DNA of 60,000 nt from the NCBI RefSeq assembly GCF_037042905.1, contig NC_087245.1, positions 11,038,001-11,098,000 on the forward strand. Direction: 5' to 3'. Source of the DNA: Lytechinus pictus (taxonomy: Eukaryota). Below are positions 1-60,000 of the stretch, one piece after another. Made by a program: the position numbers and the translations under genes. The notes under the pieces were generated by a model. The model searched no databases. It saw only the letters and a program-made list of their open reading frames with translations, and had not been told where the DNA came from. The stretch's first letter is position 1. Each line of letters begins with the position of its first letter.

Positions 1-98
1 ACCATGTGGATATTGGGCGAACTGATGGTAGACCAAATGATAGTAGACAAGTTGTCAATTGGACCCATTGGCGTTGGACCAATTGAAATTAAACCGAT
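1..98. repeat. Degenerate 15-bp tandem repeat (GACCAAnTG-like units), truncated by the window edge
   Basis: 15-nt periodicity: GACCAAATGATAGTA GACAAGTTGTCAATT GGACCCATTGGCGTT GGACCAATTGAAATT, ending AAACCG. Confidence 0.55.
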
Positions 99-215
99 TT
101 TTCGACAGTTATATCGTCATTTGCTTACATGGATCTGTACCAATGTTTATGTTGAAAAAGCTTCAGGATATTACAAATATATATAATTTTACAGGATTAC
201 TTTTTTTATACGCAC

Positions 216-1357
216 TTTATTGGATGGCTCATAATGGAATACCAGAAATATTCCAAGAGTTTGGGCAAATATTAGCGATAACGAGTTGAATATTTCTGTT
301 ATTCCATGAAATAAAGCCATCCAATAAAATTATTTTCATCAATTCCCCCCCACCCTCCTAAAAAGGGGAGAAGTTTGATTGGACATGCGTATCACTTCCC
401 ATACAATGGCATCATCAGTTCATAAGATCAAATTTAGTCGTTGACACGCGACGTCATTGAGTGTCAATGGGTGATTTCAAGTTCGGTGTTCGGTGTTGGT
501 GTTGAGCGTAAAAAGGCCGCTGAACCGAGCTCCAACACCGAGCTGGGTTCAGAGGAATGATACCGATTGCGTTATCGATAGCACATGACGTCACGCCTCT
601 GCGCTGCGCTGCTAAATCATCTCAACTTCACGTGAGAAGTCTCGACGACGAAAATGAAATCGGAGAGAAATGCATTAAAATTCTCATCGTACAGAATACC
701 AATGTTTTAATTAATTCAAGAATTCGAAAGAGTGAACATTATTCTTCATCAAAATATATACAGCTCAAATGATTTGTACTCATCTTAACTGTAAAAGCTA
801 ATTTTACGGGGATGTTTCATCGTGTTCGCCACCTGTTCACGAGCTTGAGATTGCCAACACCAACACCAACACCGAACTTGCAATCATGATTTTCCCTATC
901 CCTGGGGTTTGGTGTTGGTGAATGGGAAAATTGCACGTAGATCGTCAACACCAGCCGCAGTGCTGGGTTCAGCAGACGACATTCAACACCAGCATTCAAC
1001 ACGAACTGCCGGAAATACGTCATATTTTCCGAGGTCAATCCCAACACCAGCCTGATTTCAAGTACGGTGTTGTAGCTGGTGTTGGTGTTGTCACAACACC
1101 AACACCAGATTTCAACACCGTACTTGAAATCACCCATTGTGCTCTATGCTGCGCATCGCATATTTTTCATTGCTGTAGGCGTCACGCATTCGCACTAGAC
1201 TGTTGAATACGGTCTCATATTAAACGTCAAGTTTTGTTAAAGAGCCTATGGGATATTCGTCGGATTTAGGTCTTTTTTAGGGATAAGCTCTGGTATTGAA
1301 TGGGCAATTGAACCACTCCAAAATATGTGTTTTTAATGTATCGCTAAAACACTCTCT
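216..1357. mobile_element. Unclassified non-autonomous repeat with a terminal hairpin (host of the 469-1135 MITE)
   Basis: Reverse-complement similarity to 22428-23090 and 46535-47933. 14-bp inverted repeat TTTATTGGATGGCT at 216-229 and 315-328. Confidence 0.6.
469..1135. mobile_element. MITE with TIR GGGTGATTTCAAGTnCGGTGTT, flanked by AT
   Basis: Inverted termini at 469 and 1135 with AT on both sides. Internal GGTGTT/AACACC repeats. It interrupts a repeat whose homologue near 22780 lacks it. Confidence 0.8.
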
Positions 1358-1547
1358 ATAGATAATAACAAATATTATCCGAGACAAAATCTGCTTTCTT
1401 CATGTTCTTGAATTGAGTAATTTGGAAAGGACATTTTTTTAAGTTTGAAAAAAACAAACAAGGATATAGAGAAGTTCAAAGATAATTTAAGTTTTAGATT
1501 ACGAAATAGCTCGTCTGTGTCAATATGATTCTTTCATTAGTACTTAC

Positions 1548-59686
<58,139 letters not shown>

Positions 59687-60000
59687 TTATGGAAAATATT
59701 TGTTGAAAAGGCTAAGGACTATGAGTGAAAAAAAAAATGAATATACATTTACCTTGTTTCAGAAAAAAACGAAAAACTTCTAGTTTTGGAACAAAGAAAT
59801 TATATAATACATCAGCATCTCCATTTTCAAATCAAAATTTTATTTTGTCTGAGAAAATCTTTATTATCCTGATATCCACATGACAACTATTAGAAAGCAC
59901 AAAAAGTGTGAATAAAAAAAAGCAATTAATAAAAACAACTATGCGTCAGGGGAAAATGATAGATCCCTCAGTCTTTATGGTTTTATCTCTATAGAGTCAC

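Noticed and set aside
817..1206. Overlapping ORFs of 94-106 aa
   Set aside because: They lie almost entirely inside a MITE built from GGTGTT/AACACC repeats and have no transposase motifs.

Overview
Eukaryotic, AT-rich, intron-containing DNA. The repeat families look like those of a sea urchin or other echinoderm, but that is inference. Almost the whole window is the interior of one minus-strand gene, open at both edges. I mapped 57 exons with GT/AG boundaries. They join in one uninterrupted frame of 12,146 nt (~4,048 aa) with no stop codon and no signal-peptide exon. The frame encodes a tandem polyprotease, N->C: [SP0 end]-LDLa2-FZ-SP1-linker-CUB3-LDLa-FZ-SP2-LDLa2-FZ-SP3-linker-CUB3-LDLa-FZ-SP4-LDLa2-FZ-SP5-LDLa2-FZ-SP6-linker-CUB3-LDLa-FZ-microexon-[SP7 start]. 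That is 6 complete and 2 partial trypsin-like S1 domains, 7 Frizzled CRDs, 11 LDLa repeats and 9 cysteine-free CUB domains. The six complete protease domains all have the His/Asp/Ser triad, Asp189 and an R|IVGG activation site. The array is a recent higher-order tandem duplication with near-identical introns, a mappable crossover and a gene-conversion tract. One intron holds a 5'-truncated CR1/L2-group LINE (7-bp TSD) interrupted by a 5.5-kb TU-like foldback element (8-bp TSD, 15-bp-repeat arms), plus a Helentron/DINE-like element. Several MITEs and an old RTE fragment lie in other introns. No RNA genes, CRISPR arrays or promoters are supported.
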